Assembly (NCBI RefSeq): GCF_006345805.1 | Contig: NC_043012.1 | Location: forward strand, 52,824,001-52,888,000 | DNA: 64,000 nucleotides | Source of the DNA: Octopus sinensis | Lineage: Eukaryota | Direction: 5' to 3' | Shown: positions 15,622 to 29,697 of the stretch, piece after piece | How positions within the stretch are numbered: the first letter of the stretch is position 1 | Layout: every line of letters starts with the position of its first letter | Notes under the pieces: generated by a model | What the model saw: only the letters and a program-made list of their open reading frames with translations | What the model was told of the DNA's origin: nothing | Database searches by the model: none | Made by a program: the position numbers and the translations under genes

Positions 15622-17228
15622 CAGTGGCGGCCAAAATGTTCAGAACGGCATTGTTTTCGTCAGAAAAGTAAGTATAAATTTTTATCAAAGTATTTTATAT
15701 TCTATAATTTTCACAGATTAATTAATATTAATTGCTATTGTCTGAGATTTTGGTGTAATTTGAGAGGAAAGTACAAAAGTTATGGATGATTTAGTGATTT
15801 ACTGCAAAACCCATGGCGGCCAAAATAATCAGAACGGTTGAAAAAATAACAAAATAATCAAAAATGACAGAGAATACTGGAATTATTTAATATTTAGTGT
15901 GAAGCCCTTTAGCTTCAATCACACTCTGACATCTTCGACTGCATGAGGAAATTAAATTTTCAATTTCTAGCTGGGTGATCTTATTCCATTCTTCCTGAAG
16001 GGCATTCCATAATTGCTCAGTTGTTTTAGGATTTCTGGCTTTCGAACGTTCTCCTAGAATATTCCATACATTTTCAATAGGATTGAGATCTGGGCTTTGA
16101 GCAGGCCAATCCATAACAATAACCTTTTCAGCATTGAGGAAGTTCATGACCACCTTAGCCTTGGTGACATGGGGCATTGTCCTACATGAATATGGGTGGT
16201 CGCTTAGTTGAATTTCTCAGCACATGCAAGACATGATCTTTTACAAGTTGTTTATAAACTCCTACGTTTACCTTTCCATGTAATCGCACCAAAGGGCCCA
16301 CACCATCTCCAGATATCATCCCCCAAACCATGACACTTCCTCCACCGAATTTGACACTAGTCTTAAGGCATTTAGGCGACAATTTTTCACCTACTTTCGA
16401 CGAACGTACCTTTTCCCATCTGAGCCAAATAACATAAACTTAGATTCATCACTGAAATGTACCGTTTGCCATTTTTCTTGAGACCACAACACATGTTCGG
16501 TTGCAAAGGTAAGACGACACTCTTTATTCTTGGAGCTGATCAGTGGCTTCACTGCAGGTGGTCTTGCTTGTAGGTCATGTTCAACTAAACGACGAGACAC
16601 AGTTTTTCGAGATAAAGTTTTCTTCAATACTATGCTCATTTTCCGAGAAACAGTAGCAGCAGTTTTAAATCTGTCCTTTTTAACCAACTTTACCATAGCA
16701 CGATCGTCTCTCTTGGTCGTTTTTCTTGGCCTGCATGTAAACTTTCTTGCTTCACACGAACCACAATCATCGTAGACCTTAAGAATACCGTGTCAACACT
16801 TTTTGACTTGTTAACAATCTTTGCAATAGATCCTTCCTCCGAAGCTTAATAATCTGCTGACGAATTGGTAACGGAGTAAGTGGCATTATATTAACAAAGT
16901 ACACTGCAAATATTCTTACTAATGTTTAGTAAACGAACCGTCACGTAAACAAATTCAAAACATTAGAGTTCGCCGGTTAAATATACTAAAACACGGAGTA
17001 AAAGCAACCGTTCTGATCATTTTGGCCGCCATGGATTTTGCAGTAAATCACTAAATCATCCATAACTTTTGTATTATCCTCTCAAATTACACCAAAATCT
17101 CAGGTAATAACAAATAATATCGTATTTATCGTCTGTGAAAATTATAGAATATAAAACAACTTTGATAAAAAATTATATCTACTTTACTGACGAAAACAAT
17201 GCCGTTCTGAACATTTTGGCCGCCACTG
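15622..17228 (-). mobile_element. Full-length Tc1 DNA transposon, ~220-bp IR/DR-type TIRs, TA target duplication
   Basis: TA|cagtggcggccaaaatgttcagaacggca at 15622 and its reverse complement ending at 17228|TA; TIRs ~15622-15840 and ~17005-17228, each with an inner copy of tggcggccaaaat..tcagaacgg. Confidence 0.97.
15887..16886 (-). pseudogene. Tc1 transposase pseudogene (DD34E)
   Basis: Starts MPLTPLPIRQQIIKL; FSDESKF; VKFGGGSVMVWG; (stop)DNAPCH; WPAQSPDLNPIENVW; ends KGLHTKY. 34 residues between second D and E after correcting a 1-bp insertion; at least three frameshifts and one nonsense codon. Confidence 0.95.
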
Positions 17229-17235
17229 TATATAT

Positions 17236-18105
<870 letters not shown>

Positions 18106-20324
18106 ATGAATTTACTGGCACACACTTTCAGAGATATTTACCCTCGTTTTGATAGCAGCATTACAATATCAGAACGAAACAATTTGACTAAGACACTGTT
18201 TTTTTATTTTACAATAATAATCATTGTTTAAACCACGCCCATCCAGGATAAGTTATCATAGCTAAGAAAGCGATTGTGACCACTCGAAGACTCCCCAGTT
18301 ATGTCATCTTTGTTTATCAAGAAAAATGCAATCAGCATGTCTCAAAAATGTACGTGCAATTGACGTCATGTTCCCTGTAATTCTGAAGCCACAAAACCAA
18401 CAAAGGAAAACATATGGCATTCTTCTGATAAACAATATTATATAATCGGCTGAAAAATCTAGGAATAGATTAGTTAGTACAGAAAACAGCAACAGAACAA
18501 TGGCAGCGATATTCAGAGCCAGCGGTCAACAAGACGGCGTCGACCACAAACAGCAGTATAACGTAATTACCATATTCTAGGATATATCATACAGCTTTCT
18601 CATTTATAGCTAACAGCATTGGCTCAAAGAAAAACAGCCAGACACCGAATTAACGATACAGAACATATTGAATTTTACAAGCAGACACAGCTAAACACTA
18701 ACTAACCACACAACATTTTCGCTTCACCAGTCTTGACGTTATAGCTATTGCATCGCAGAAATTATCAGCAACAACAAGTCATCAAATTCCACTTCATATT
18801 TAACTGTCCTCCGTTCGGCAGATATTTAGCTAAATGCACCAGTTCTTCAGTTCTAACAGTTCGTTTATATAGTACATCTTTTATATTCAGGATTAAAAGC
18901 CATAGAGGTTCTGAGCACTTAAAAGATTTTGGTAAACCCCTTTCCTCATATGTAATTCAAAATATAAACAATAACAAACCATTAAGTAAATTTTTTTATT
19001 TTTCAAAATACAACAAAACTAACAGTAAGATGAGAAATAATGTTTATTTTTGTATACTTCCACTTTATTTATATTTGAAAAGTTTTCTCCTACTTTTTTT
19101 TTTCTAATTGCAAAGTCTTTGCTCAGATCCTCTCTATGACACTGTGAACACTTCGAAATTATATTTCAGATCATATTAACCACTTTGAATATTATTTTAG
19201 CAAGTTTGAAAATGACTCCTTTTGTGCTGTAAACCATTTACCGATTCTGCGGTGTTCCCCTTCCTTTGATGCCGTAAGCACATGATAATTTTGCTTAATG
19301 GCAAATCCAGCGCTGTTTATATTGTATGTGTAACGATTACGTATAAACCCATGTAGCATACTTATAAATATATCAATTTTAACCTATCTTTCTGAAGACT
19401 GAAAGGAAAAGTACAGCCTCAATCGATTTTCAAATCTCATTGGGCTCTCATCAAAGTTGTCTATTATTTGACCAATGCCAGAGAAAAAAGTAACCATTCT
19501 GTTTATTTACACACCAAATCACCAAATCTAGTTGCGATAGAGAACTGGAGCTGCTAGCTTGCATAACATTAGAGTTTGACACTTTATTAATACCAGCGGC
19601 CTGTCAACGGGGAACCCAGTCTATTCAGTATCAAGATATGATATAATAATTTGTGTTAACCTATATAAGATACACACAAACATGTTGATTTTTCATGAAC
19701 AATGTATTTCTTATTACAATAAGACAATTATTAAATTGCATGAACATCAAGCTAATTTCTCATTAAGCCCTCTTAAAAATATTGTTATTAGCCACATCGA
19801 CTTGTGGCTGTAATAACATTTCCTGCCTGTTGTTTGTACAGAATGGATAGATGTCCATATTTTATTTTATTTTGATTTGAAGTAATTTATTTTGTGTCAC
19901 GGTGACACACAGAAATAGATAGATAGATAGATATATAAATAGAGAAAGAAAGAGAGAGAATGAATCGATAACCTTATGCCAGTACTGCGTGTGTAAATTA
20001 ATTCAATACATTCGACTGTAGTAAAAGGCTGTCGTTTTGTTTATATTGATCATATAATATCGTTTATCGCAATCTCATAGTGAATATTAAAAGAGAAATC
20101 AGCTGGAAAAGTTTCGATCATTATTAAGATTTCATCAGCAGCTGATTATTTTCCTTTTAACATTGTTTTTATAATGACTATTATTAAAGGCTTATTTAAT
20201 CGGGTATACTGATTTGCATAAATAACGCATTTTTGGTAGCATCCATTTATGATGCTGTGATATAGTAAAAAATGAACTTATTTATGTTCTCGCTGATTGC
20301 ATTTTCTTTTCTCTTTCTCCAATG

Positions 20325-20478
20325 CAAATTCCGCCGAGGTTGACTTTACCATTCATCCTTTCGGGGTTGATAAATAAAGTACCAGTTTTGCACTGGAGTT
20401 GATGTAATCGACTTAATCTCTTTGTCTGTCCTTGTTTGTAATGTCTATGTTTAGCCCCTTGTGGGCAATAAAGAAATA
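20325..20478 (+). mobile_element. SINE family B (tail variant 1), 5'-truncated
   Basis: caaattccgccgaggttgactttaccattcatcctttcggggttgata...gccccttgtgggcaataaagaaata. Confidence 0.85.
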
Positions 20479-21039
20479 TATATGTATGTATGCATGTATA
20501 TATGTAATGTATGTATGAATATATCTATGTAGGTATATGAAAAGAAATGAAAATATCAAGTAAATTCTATTTGAAAGGATGTCTCGGATTATTACGATGG
20601 TATATACCAGTAAAGTTTGTCAAGGGGGTAGTTTCGCATATGGGGGAATGATGATATAAATTCTGAACAACTGTTTATTATTTTAGTTTAGAGCTTCGAA
20701 ATGAATGACATTTCCATATTACAACAACTACAACAAAAATCGTATATACGCAAGCACTTTGTCTAAAAGTTGTCATTTTATGATTCGGGACATATTGCTA
20801 TTTATCAAGGATCACATATGTGTGATGACAATTGCAGGTTCACCTCTCTTTGTAATGTGCCAAATTTACAGCTATGTTCAGTATGAATCCCAAGAATTAA
20901 TTTGAGATCATGTCTATATAATCATTTGGGTTAGTGCTTGATTTTGCAGTGGCTGAACGTATCACAGATCCCTCAAGACAATTTCTATTGACTGGATATA
21001 TATAAAGTCAATTATATTTTCCGAACATGGCAGATACTA

Positions 21040-21290
21040 GCGTCGCCTGACTGGCATCCGTGTCGGAGACACGTAAAAGCACCAACTGATCGTGGCCGTT
21101 TGCCAGCCCCTGAGCCGGTGGCACATAAAAAAAACTCCCACTACACTCACGGAGTGGTTGGTATTTGGAAGGGCATCCAGCTGTAGAAACACTGCCAGAT
21201 CAGACTAGAGCCTGGTGCAGCCTCCATGGCTTACCAGACCCCGGTCGAACCGTCCAACCCATGGAAAACGGACGCTAAATGATGATGATT
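21040..21290 (+). mobile_element. Family C repeat (RTE-type LINE 3' end or derived SINE) ending in (TGA)n
   Basis: gagtggttggtatttggaagggcatccagctgtagaaacactgccagatc...ggaaaacggacgctaaatgatgatg. Confidence 0.8.
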
Positions 21291-21399
21291 TCTATGGACT
21301 CTAATTATCAAAATTCTTCATAAACTATCATTCAAAACAGATGCAGTATTAGTAAATTTGTTGAAGTCAAATAGCAAATAAATTTTGATTGGTATTTCT

Positions 21400-22540
21400 T
21401 CTTTACTTATGTTCTGGTGGTGAATGCCTTCTTACCGGTAGAGTCATTTACCTATTTTTGTACTCATATTAATCTAAAATGTTCTGTTATATCGCCACAT
21501 TATTGTAGCTTCTCAAGTCAGTTTCTTCATATTTATGAGTATCAACCATGTCAAATGATTCCCTAAAATGCATCAGATATCAATGCATTTCTACACACTT
21601 TAACCATTTTTGGAAGCTGTTTCATCTCACGAATTAGCCGAAATTCACTTGCTAAAGTTCTAAAGTGGGTTTCTAAGAATATATGATAGATGATTCGAAT
21701 TGTCCCCTCTATATAATTACAAATCGGTATGTTTCCTGTATGGATGGAAAATTTCCTTATTCAGATTGTAAGTTACTTCCAAACCATTATTTTCAAGTTA
21801 ATACTGACTGGGACTTTTAGGTTTAAATTAATGAATAATTTTATTATATCCTTCTAAATCCTTCTGCCAGCTGTCTGTTTGTAATCCTAGATATTAAGAG
21901 CATCCTCTCTGCAAAGTTCTCCATTGATAATATGGACAATTTCAATCGGGGTCTAAAATATTAATTTCAATTACACATGGAAATGTTGCAGAATATCCAG
22001 CACTTATATTTACATTGATAAAATCTGCGCTACTCTTCTTCCTTTCATATACGATCAACCAAGAAAAAAAAAAAAGGAATATCATTATTCCTGGTGGTAG
22101 TCGAATGTTTTGAGAAATCAATAGCTTTTAATAATATATGTTTTGTGATTAATGAGTAATAATCAATTATATTAGATTGTGTGAGAGTGTATTCTTGTAT
22201 AACAATGATAGATTTAAACCAACTCATAACAGACTCATTATTATCCAATGTGTCAGTCTGGGCTTTTGTGTGTCGTTATTTTATCTAATATCACTTTGCT
22301 AATCTTTCTTAATTCTGTTTTTATCGTTTGTGACAGGGATTAATAAAAAGTGATTTATGATCCTTGACAGTTAAATAAGGTCTCTTTAGTTCAAGAGTAT
22401 TCACTCTATCGTCTATGTTAATCCTCAAGGTAATAAGTTTGGCCTCCTTATTTATAGAACAAAGTATCAAATAAAGTAATTGTATAGATGTTGGTGATAC
22501 TATTTTTCAAGTACATCATGTTTATGCATCCATATATTTT
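21400..22540 (-). pseudogene. Second decayed Penelope-like RT remnant
   Basis: Minus-strand pieces INKEAKLIT; YLTVKDHK; KISKVILDKI; SVMSWFKSI; IDYYSLI..LLKAIDFSK; DIIKLF; EIFHPYRK; NHLSYIL, colinear with the 6050-7930 element. Confidence 0.7.
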
Positions 22541-22589
22541 TCTACCTTTGTTGATTGATATGTTTATATATATATATATATATATATAT

Positions 22590-23010
22590 AAATGGAAATT
22601 GTAGTTAAGACACCCGTGCCGGTGACATGCAAAAAAACACCGTGCGAACGTGGCAAATGCCAGATAAAAATCAAATGAAAATTCTAGTTAAGACACCTGT
22701 GCCGGTGACATGTAAAAAGCACTGTCCGAACATGGCAGATGCCAGCACAGCCTGACTGGCATACGTGTCAGTGACACGTAAAAGCACTGACCGATCGTGG
22801 CCGTTTGCCAGCTTGCTCTGGCCCCTGTGCCGGTGGCACGTAAAAAACACCCACTACACTCACGGAGTGGTTGGCGTTAGGAAGGGCATCCAGCTGTAGA
22901 AACACTGCCAAATCAGACCAGAGCCAGGTGCAACCTCCATCGCTTACCAGACCCCAGTCGAACCATCCAACCCATGCTAGCATGGAAAACGGACGTTAAA
23001 TGATGATGAT
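22590..23010 (+). mobile_element. Family C repeat with internally repeated cctgtgccggtg..aaaaagcac modules
   Basis: Several gtgccggtg modules, then the common ggcgttaggaagggcatccagctg...ggacgttaaatgatgatg end. Confidence 0.8.
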
Positions 23011-23343
23011 ATATATATTTATATCAAGATTTGACTACTTTCACACACACAAAAATTGTCTGATTTTCCTATTTTCTTTGTTACACACCAATTTATTCCG
23101 GAAAGTGTTTCTTATTTTCTTGAACATTATATTCTTCGTTATTCTGAAAATATTTTATCTCAAGTGTTTCAAGTAATATATAACTAGGTAGAACATTCTG
23201 CTTCTAAATGGATGCAACTAAATACCACATGATATTTCGTCTGACACACCCACTTATTCTGGCAATCCAACAAGATTTGTAATACCTTTCACTATGGGCA
23301 TGTGTATTTCAGTCATCATCATCATCATCATCATCATCATCTT

Positions 23344-23374
<31 letters not shown>

Positions 23375-23620
23375 TTCATCATTGCCGATATTATCATCAA
23401 CATCATCGTTTAATGTTCACTTTTCCTTGCTCAAATGGACCGGACAGAATTGTTGAGGTATGTTTTCTATGGCTGGATGCTGTCCCTGTTGCCTACCCTC
23501 CCCTGTTTCCAAGCAAGGAAATGGCTCTCATGGCCAGGCATGATTTCCATAGAAGACTGAAAATAAACATCATCATATACATGATGGTAATACTGGTTTA
23601 CAATCATCACACATACACTA

Positions 23621-23659
<39 letters not shown>

Positions 23660-23660
<1 letters not shown>

Positions 23661-23835
23661 TATGCATTTTTTTCTCTCCTTGTTTTTTTCTGTGTATCTT
23701 TCTGTCGAAGAGTGTAGGCTCGAAACGTAAAAGACTTTTTCTATTTCTGTTCCTGAGCGCCATACTAATACATTTGTTTGTTTGTACTCCACCTGCCTTC
23801 GTCTTTTGTTTATTTTCATAAACTTTCCCGTTATA
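23660..23835 (+). mobile_element. Short Penelope pseudo-LTR-type element with hammerhead-like core
   Basis: Nearly identical to 45435-45597; flanked by (TA)n; core tctttctgtcgaagagtgtaggctcgaaacgtaaaaga at 23697-23734. Confidence 0.65.
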
Positions 23836-25454
23836 TATATTCATACATATATACGATGAGTTTCTATCAGCTTCCATCTGCTCAGAAGACTTTGGTCAAC
23901 CTAGGACTATGCAAGAAAACACCTGCCCAATGTGCTGCACAGTAGGACAGAACCCAGAACCATGTGCTTGGGAAGGAAGCTTCTTAACCACACACCCACA
24001 CCAGCATCAGTCATTAAATATCTCATAGGAACAAAGAGTTTCACTAGGCTACTATTTATTTTTACTCTCTGTGTTTTGAGTTGAAGCACTGCTGAGGTTG
24101 AATTTTGTCTTTCATCCTTCTAAGGAGTGATACATTCATATCTTCCAGGTCAGAGGATTTGGTACAATTTTTAGAACATTCTTCAAGGTGCCTTGAAGTC
24201 TCTGTTCCAGTACAGCTTATTCTGAATTGAAATAGCTTCACATACAACTTACCTTATTGTGGGGGAAAAACAGGCCCAGGAGAATGCAATTAAGGGTGAG
24301 ATGCTGTCAAAATAAGACTGACCAATGCCTTGATTGTACTGACATCTTGATGACAAAAATAAAATGAGCAGACTCTGCTCAAAGCTGGATAAGTAATGGA
24401 ACAATTGCTGTTAAAACATTTGTTTTGAAGTTGGGACTGGATGGGAGATGAAGAAATTTTTCTATTACAAGTAAACTGCTTTATTATTTGGAACCAAATT
24501 CAAACAGGTAGCTATACTGAAGTGAAATGTAGAAATAAAATTTTGGGTCAGAATCACAGTAAGGCATCTGAATTTGAACTTATGGCCCTTAAGCAAAGAA
24601 CTCTGATACTTTAACCACTTGCCCATTTCAGCTCTAATTCACAATGCTTCAATCCTTTATCAAACATATCAGACTATGGAATCTGTAGTGATCCAATAGA
24701 AAGACAACAAGAAAGCTTGTACAGTCACCCATTCTTCAAGAACTAGAAGCTAAATCTCCCTCAAACTACACATGACCATTCTGGCTCGTTGCCACCCCAC
24801 CAAAACAAGGATGGTTACTTTAGACAATGAACACTAAAACATCAAACAGGAAGGAAAAAATTACTAGATCAAAGTCTTTTGATGATAGATCAGCCCAATC
24901 AGGGCTGACTGATAGGTTGAAGAAAGGCAACAATAACCACCACTACCATCGCTACTACACAACCCAGGGGCTGGCAGTCATGATGGAGGGAATAAAACCA
25001 GAGTCAAATGGTGAATAGCTAAAGATAATAAGACATTATCTAAACACTGTCCAACTTGGCTCCCTTCCCCTACTCTTCCCCTCTCCCTAAAATACTAATC
25101 ATTATCTATTATTCCTACACACCAGACCAACATTTCTTAAGCTTATATTCATTGTTATTTTTTCTCTTTAAAGAAAGGTGCACATTGCTTATTTATATTA
25201 CTTCAAGTCTTTTACTTACTTACATTTTTCTTTGTCTTCTCATCATCATTATTATTATTATTGCATTTGATAAGTAGCAGAAGAGTTTTAAAAAAATCCT
25301 ATTTAGTGTCACTAAGCCAGGTCTTATATACTGATTGTCTGGTTGCAGCTGTTTAGGAGTTAGTATAATGTGTGCACATGCATGCCTGTGTGTATATGCA
25401 CATACATAGGTGTGTGTGCATCTATAATTGTACACATAAGTATATGTAAACCTG

Positions 25455-25790
25455 ACTGCGTTCGTGTGGGTTTGTGTCTATAAATGTCTATATGTGTCTA
25501 ATGTATGTGCCTGTGTATGTTTGTGCGTGAGTGTGTGCATTCGTATCTGTGTGTTTGTGTGTGTGGGTGTCTGCGTGTGTGTGTGTCTGTGTCTGCATGT
25601 GGGTGTGGGTGTGTGTCTGCGTGTGGGTGGGTGGGTGTGCGTGGCTGTGTGTGGGTGTGTGTGTGTGTGTCTGCGTGTGGATGCTTCTATTAGTATACAT
25701 CTATATGTGCCTCTCTGCTTCTGCATGTCTGCTAGTGCATATGTATGTGCGTATGTGTGTGCATATGTATTAAAGGGTGTGTCCACTATT
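25455..25790. repeat. (TG)n-rich compound microsatellite
   Basis: Directly visible. Confidence 0.9.
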
Positions 25791-26199
25791 TGTTTGACAG
25801 ATCATCTTGCCATCTTCTCCAGAATGATGTTTTGACATTGTGAAGGAGTTCAATGGCTTTCTCTTGATTTATATATTTATATATCTATTTATTTTTCCCA
25901 AGCCAGACACATTTAAGCATAGCCGCTGGACATTGATAAAATCCTCTTTCAGAAAATTAATCAGAAAATATCTGCTGACTGCTGCCTTCATGACCATCAC
26001 CATCACAACTAACATCATCATCACCATGACCACCAGAATCAGAATCATTATCGAAAATATGCCAGCAAATCTCTCATCATTAAAATTGCTTCTTTTTTTT
26101 TCTTAATTGTAAAAATGATGGTTACTTAAGTATGTGGTCAATATTTTGTAAGGGAAAAATAGAGGCAATTAAATCAACTGCTTCTTAATATAGTTAATT

Positions 26200-27030
26200 A
26201 CTTATTTCATTATCAACTTGAAAAGATGAAAGGGAATCATTGCCATTCGGTCATGGTATTTGAACACAGGGCAGAGGGTGAGAAAATTTAAATACTATTG
26301 TTACATAAAATATAAGCCTTTGTATCATTGTTGACTTCAGAGGGATTTGAAATCAGAATGAAGGGGTACCAAACAAGAATACTGTGTTACATGATATAAA
26401 TCAATCCATGTACTACTTTCACCTACTACCTAATCCTTAAGAAATGAAAGAAGTTTAATGTTGATCTCAGTGAACATTTGAACTCTGAACAGAGGCATAC
26501 AAGACTAGAGTACCGTGTTACACAATATAAATCAACCCATATGTAACTGTTGCATATTTTACTAATCCTGGAGAGATAAAAAAATTTAAAAAAACAGTTT
26601 ATTATTGACTGTAGTGTGATTTGAACTCAGGACAGAGAGGTTCAAAACACTGAAATACAAGGCTACATAATGTAACTCAGTCATAATATCAGTGTCATTT
26701 ATTTTATCAATCCTACAGAGCTGAAAGGAGGAGTTGGAAGTTGGCCCAAGAGGGATTTGAACTAGGAAATGAAAGGGTTAAAAACTGAAATACTATGTTA
26801 AATAACATAAATCAACTCCTTATAATTAAAACATGGTAAAGTTTTATTTCATCAATACTGGGTAGATGAAAAGAAAGCTGACTCCAATGGGAATTGAAAT
26901 CACGATGTCTATATTACTATTATTCATTTTATCAATTCTGGAGAGATTGAAGAAAATATTTTCAGGTGACTCCAATAGGATTTGAACTCACAACTGAGAA
27001 AAGACAAAACAATAAAATACTGTTACATTC
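26200..27030. repeat. Highly degenerate tandem array of ~110-140-bp units resembling minus-strand SINE B fragments
   Basis: Recurrent atttgaactc/atttgaaatc (reverse complement of the B-box-like gagttcaaat), often followed by aatact.tgttac and preceded by ttttatcaat...gaaag, about 6-7 times. Confidence 0.55.
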
Positions 27031-27290
27031 CATATTTAATATTTCAGCCATCTTCTATTATATAATAAACTGCAAAATAAAAACAAAAAAATTAGAAAAG
27101 AAATTTTTAGAAATTAATTTACCCCAAGATGTAATCGAAGGAAAAAAAAAATGCAAATTAAAGAAGAATCAAAATAGATCTGAGAGAGAAAAATAAAATT
27201 GTAATTCTCCAATGCCTCACTTTGAAAATCCCCTTCTAGTTGTAAAAGTGACAATATGAGAAATTAATTATTGCAGATAGTTCTTTTCCG

Positions 27291-27443
27291 TTACGTTTTC
27301 CCACTAGCACCGATGTTGGAGAACCACATGGCTCCAACACTACCAAGTTTGTCATAGAATGACCCTCCAGATGCATTGTTTCCTGACGATCTGGGAAGAA
27401 CAGAGGCGGCTACTTGAGTCAGAGAGGCTGGAACGACATCAAC
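27291..27443 (-). CDS. COG1: COG1 terminal coding exon (VDVVPASLTQVAASVLPRSSGNNASGGSFYDKLGSVGAMWFSNIGASGKT*)
   Basis: Strong polypyrimidine tract and tgtacag acceptor, phase 0, open to TAA. Start resembles VVPPA in the human COG1 C-terminus and the Ser-rich/W ending fits COG1 termini as I recall them. Assignment relies on the upstream COG1 exons. Confidence 0.65.
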   Translation of the reverse strand, partial: VDVVPASLTQVAASVLPRSSGNNASGGSFYDKLGSVGAMWFSNIGASGKT

Positions 27444-28029
27444 CTGTACAAAAAATATAAACGAAAAGGGAAAAAAAAAAAAAAAAGAAAAGCTGTATTA
27501 ATAAGCAGTTTCTTAATTAGATTTTTGTATTCAATTAATTCAGGGTACATTTGACTTCATCTTCATGTTAGTCTGACATTTTTTACTTTTTTTGTTGTTT
27601 TTGCTTTTCAAAGAGAACATCAGGGTATATGGAAATTTTGAATTGCTAAAATGAGATGCATTTCTTATTCCCATGAATTAACATTGTGGAGAAAGGAGAG
27701 AAAAAAATATTACCATCATCATCATCATTTAAAGTTTGCTCTCCGTGCTGACATGAGTTTGACGGTTTTGACAGCTGCAGAGTTCCATTGAGCTATTTCA
27801 TCAGCTTTAGCATGGTTTCTATGGTTGAATGCCCCTTCTAATGCCAAACATTTTACAATGTGTACTGGGTGCTTTTTCCATGCCACAGGCACTAATGAGG
27901 TCACCAGGTAACTTACAAGACAAGAAAAGCTTGAATGGGGTAAAGGGTATTTGAGATATGGAGGTGGCTTTATATTAGGTGTTGAGAAGTTTTAGTATGA
28001 TTGAGTGATAAGCACAGGTTAAAAGGAGA

Positions 28030-28352
28030 ACTCTGTTGGTTGTGACAACGAAGGGTCCCGGCTGATATGATCAACGGAACAGCTTGCTCGTGAAATTAAC
28101 GTGCAAGTGGCTGAGTATTCCACAGACATGTATACCCTTAACGTAGTTCGCAAGGAGATTCAGCATGATACAGAGTGTGACAAGGCTGGCCCTTTTGAAA
28201 TACGGGTACTACTCATTTTTGCCAGCTGAGTGAACTGGAGCAACGTGAAATAAAGTGTCTTACTCAAGGACACAACACGCTGCCAGGAATTGAACTCACA
28301 ACTTTAGGATCATGAGACAAATGCCCCTAACCACTAAGCCACATACCTTCAC
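28030..28352 (-). mobile_element. SINE family D (tRNA-like head + tgtgtccttgagtaagacactttatttcacgttgctccag body + tail with gtggctgagtattccacagac on the plus strand)
   Basis: Minus-strand head gtgaaggtatgtggcttagtggttaggggcattt...gagttcaattcc; body shared with 42465-42799. Confidence 0.8.
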
Positions 28353-29152
28353 ACAAGCACAGGTATCTTGCTATAGAGAAGTCAATTGAAAATTCATAAA
28401 AATTGAATTTTGTTTTGCAAACATAAATTTGAAATATATGTTATTTTTAAAAATTAAATTAGAATTTGTATTCGAATTTTCAGGTTCAATTTTACTGAAA
28501 TTTTAAAACCCAGTTTTCAGTTTATGATAATATTTGGCATCTGTCATTTTCAAATCTCAGCTTTAAACAAACACAAAGAACTGGCCTCAAATATGGATGA
28601 CAAAAGTAAACTAAAATTATTTACTACAACTTATATACACATACATATATTTGTCTTGGTAACAAATTAAAATATAGAAGCCACCATGCTCTATATCTAT
28701 TTCTTCATCTAATCCCTGTAATTTTAGCAGTAAGAATAAGCATCTAACTGACTGTAAAAATAGTTGCTCTACTTTTTGCTTGCATTGCATGGGTGTAAAA
28801 GGCTAATTAGAGTGCATGCATGTGTACACATTTGTGTGCGTGCACGCGCGCATGTGTGTGTGTGTAAGCAAAAAGAACAAAAAAATCAATCCTTCTTTAA
28901 TTGTGAAATTTGTATTTCAAAATTTATGCTAATGAGAAATATATTACATGCAAATTTATTTCATCCTCCCAGAAGTCAAAATTGCAAATGCACCATTCTG
29001 AAAAATTGTGAAGGAGCCATTCCATCTTGAAGGGTTTATTCCTACACATAGCAATGCAATCTGTATTCCAATCAAACTGTGTTTGGAAGAGGTTTAGGGG
29101 CCCATGACCCTAGCTGTTTACACTGCTATAAGTTGGTAAGGAAGTCCTTTAA

Positions 29153-29374
29153 CCCTTTTGTTACTGTATTTATTTTGAGATGCTCTGTGTTTCTTTCAAT
29201 CAATTTTAAATATAATAAAGAATTTAGTGAAATAACTTAGTTATCATTAAGCTTGTATTAGGAACATAAATTGTGACTAAGGTTTGGAGGAAGATTTTAA
29301 TTCAAGACTTATGGAAATAAGATATTTGTACTACAGAGCCAGAGCCGATTTCGGCCAGGTTGGTAACGAAAGGG
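29153..29374. mobile_element. piggyBac-type MITE (222 bp)
   Basis: TTAA|cccttttgttac ... gtaacgaaaggg|TTAA: 11/12 TIR match and TTAA duplication. Confidence 0.8.
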
Positions 29375-29697
29375 TTAAGAACATCCAGTTCTTTATTAGA
29401 TTGTACTCCTTCACATATTAGGCAATGAAGTATGAATTTGATAATGAGTTTAGCAGAATACCACAGGAGATGGTATCACTACAGCCTTCTTCACAGACAG
29501 GAAACTTGCAGTTCTGGAATGGAAAGATTGTGTTACTGGCCAGTCTTTCGCTGTTACCTGTGCCTAAAACTCCCAGTTCCATTCGTGACAGAAAATAGGC
29601 TGCTTCCAGACTACATTAGATGATACCATTGAGAGCAGCACAACAAGGCAAGCAGCCAGTACTGAGGTAGAATAACAATGGATGGACTCTACATACA

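Noticed and set aside
24062-24247. Minus-strand 61-aa ORF with splice-like borders
   Set aside because: Part of it is a degenerate SINE B body (gaggttgaattttgtctttcatcc); no recognisable protein.
29420-29670. Open frames on both strands considered as the missing COG1 exon
   Set aside because: No VLFG/HNxLPL/RFxLLP-like motif and no convincing splice pair.
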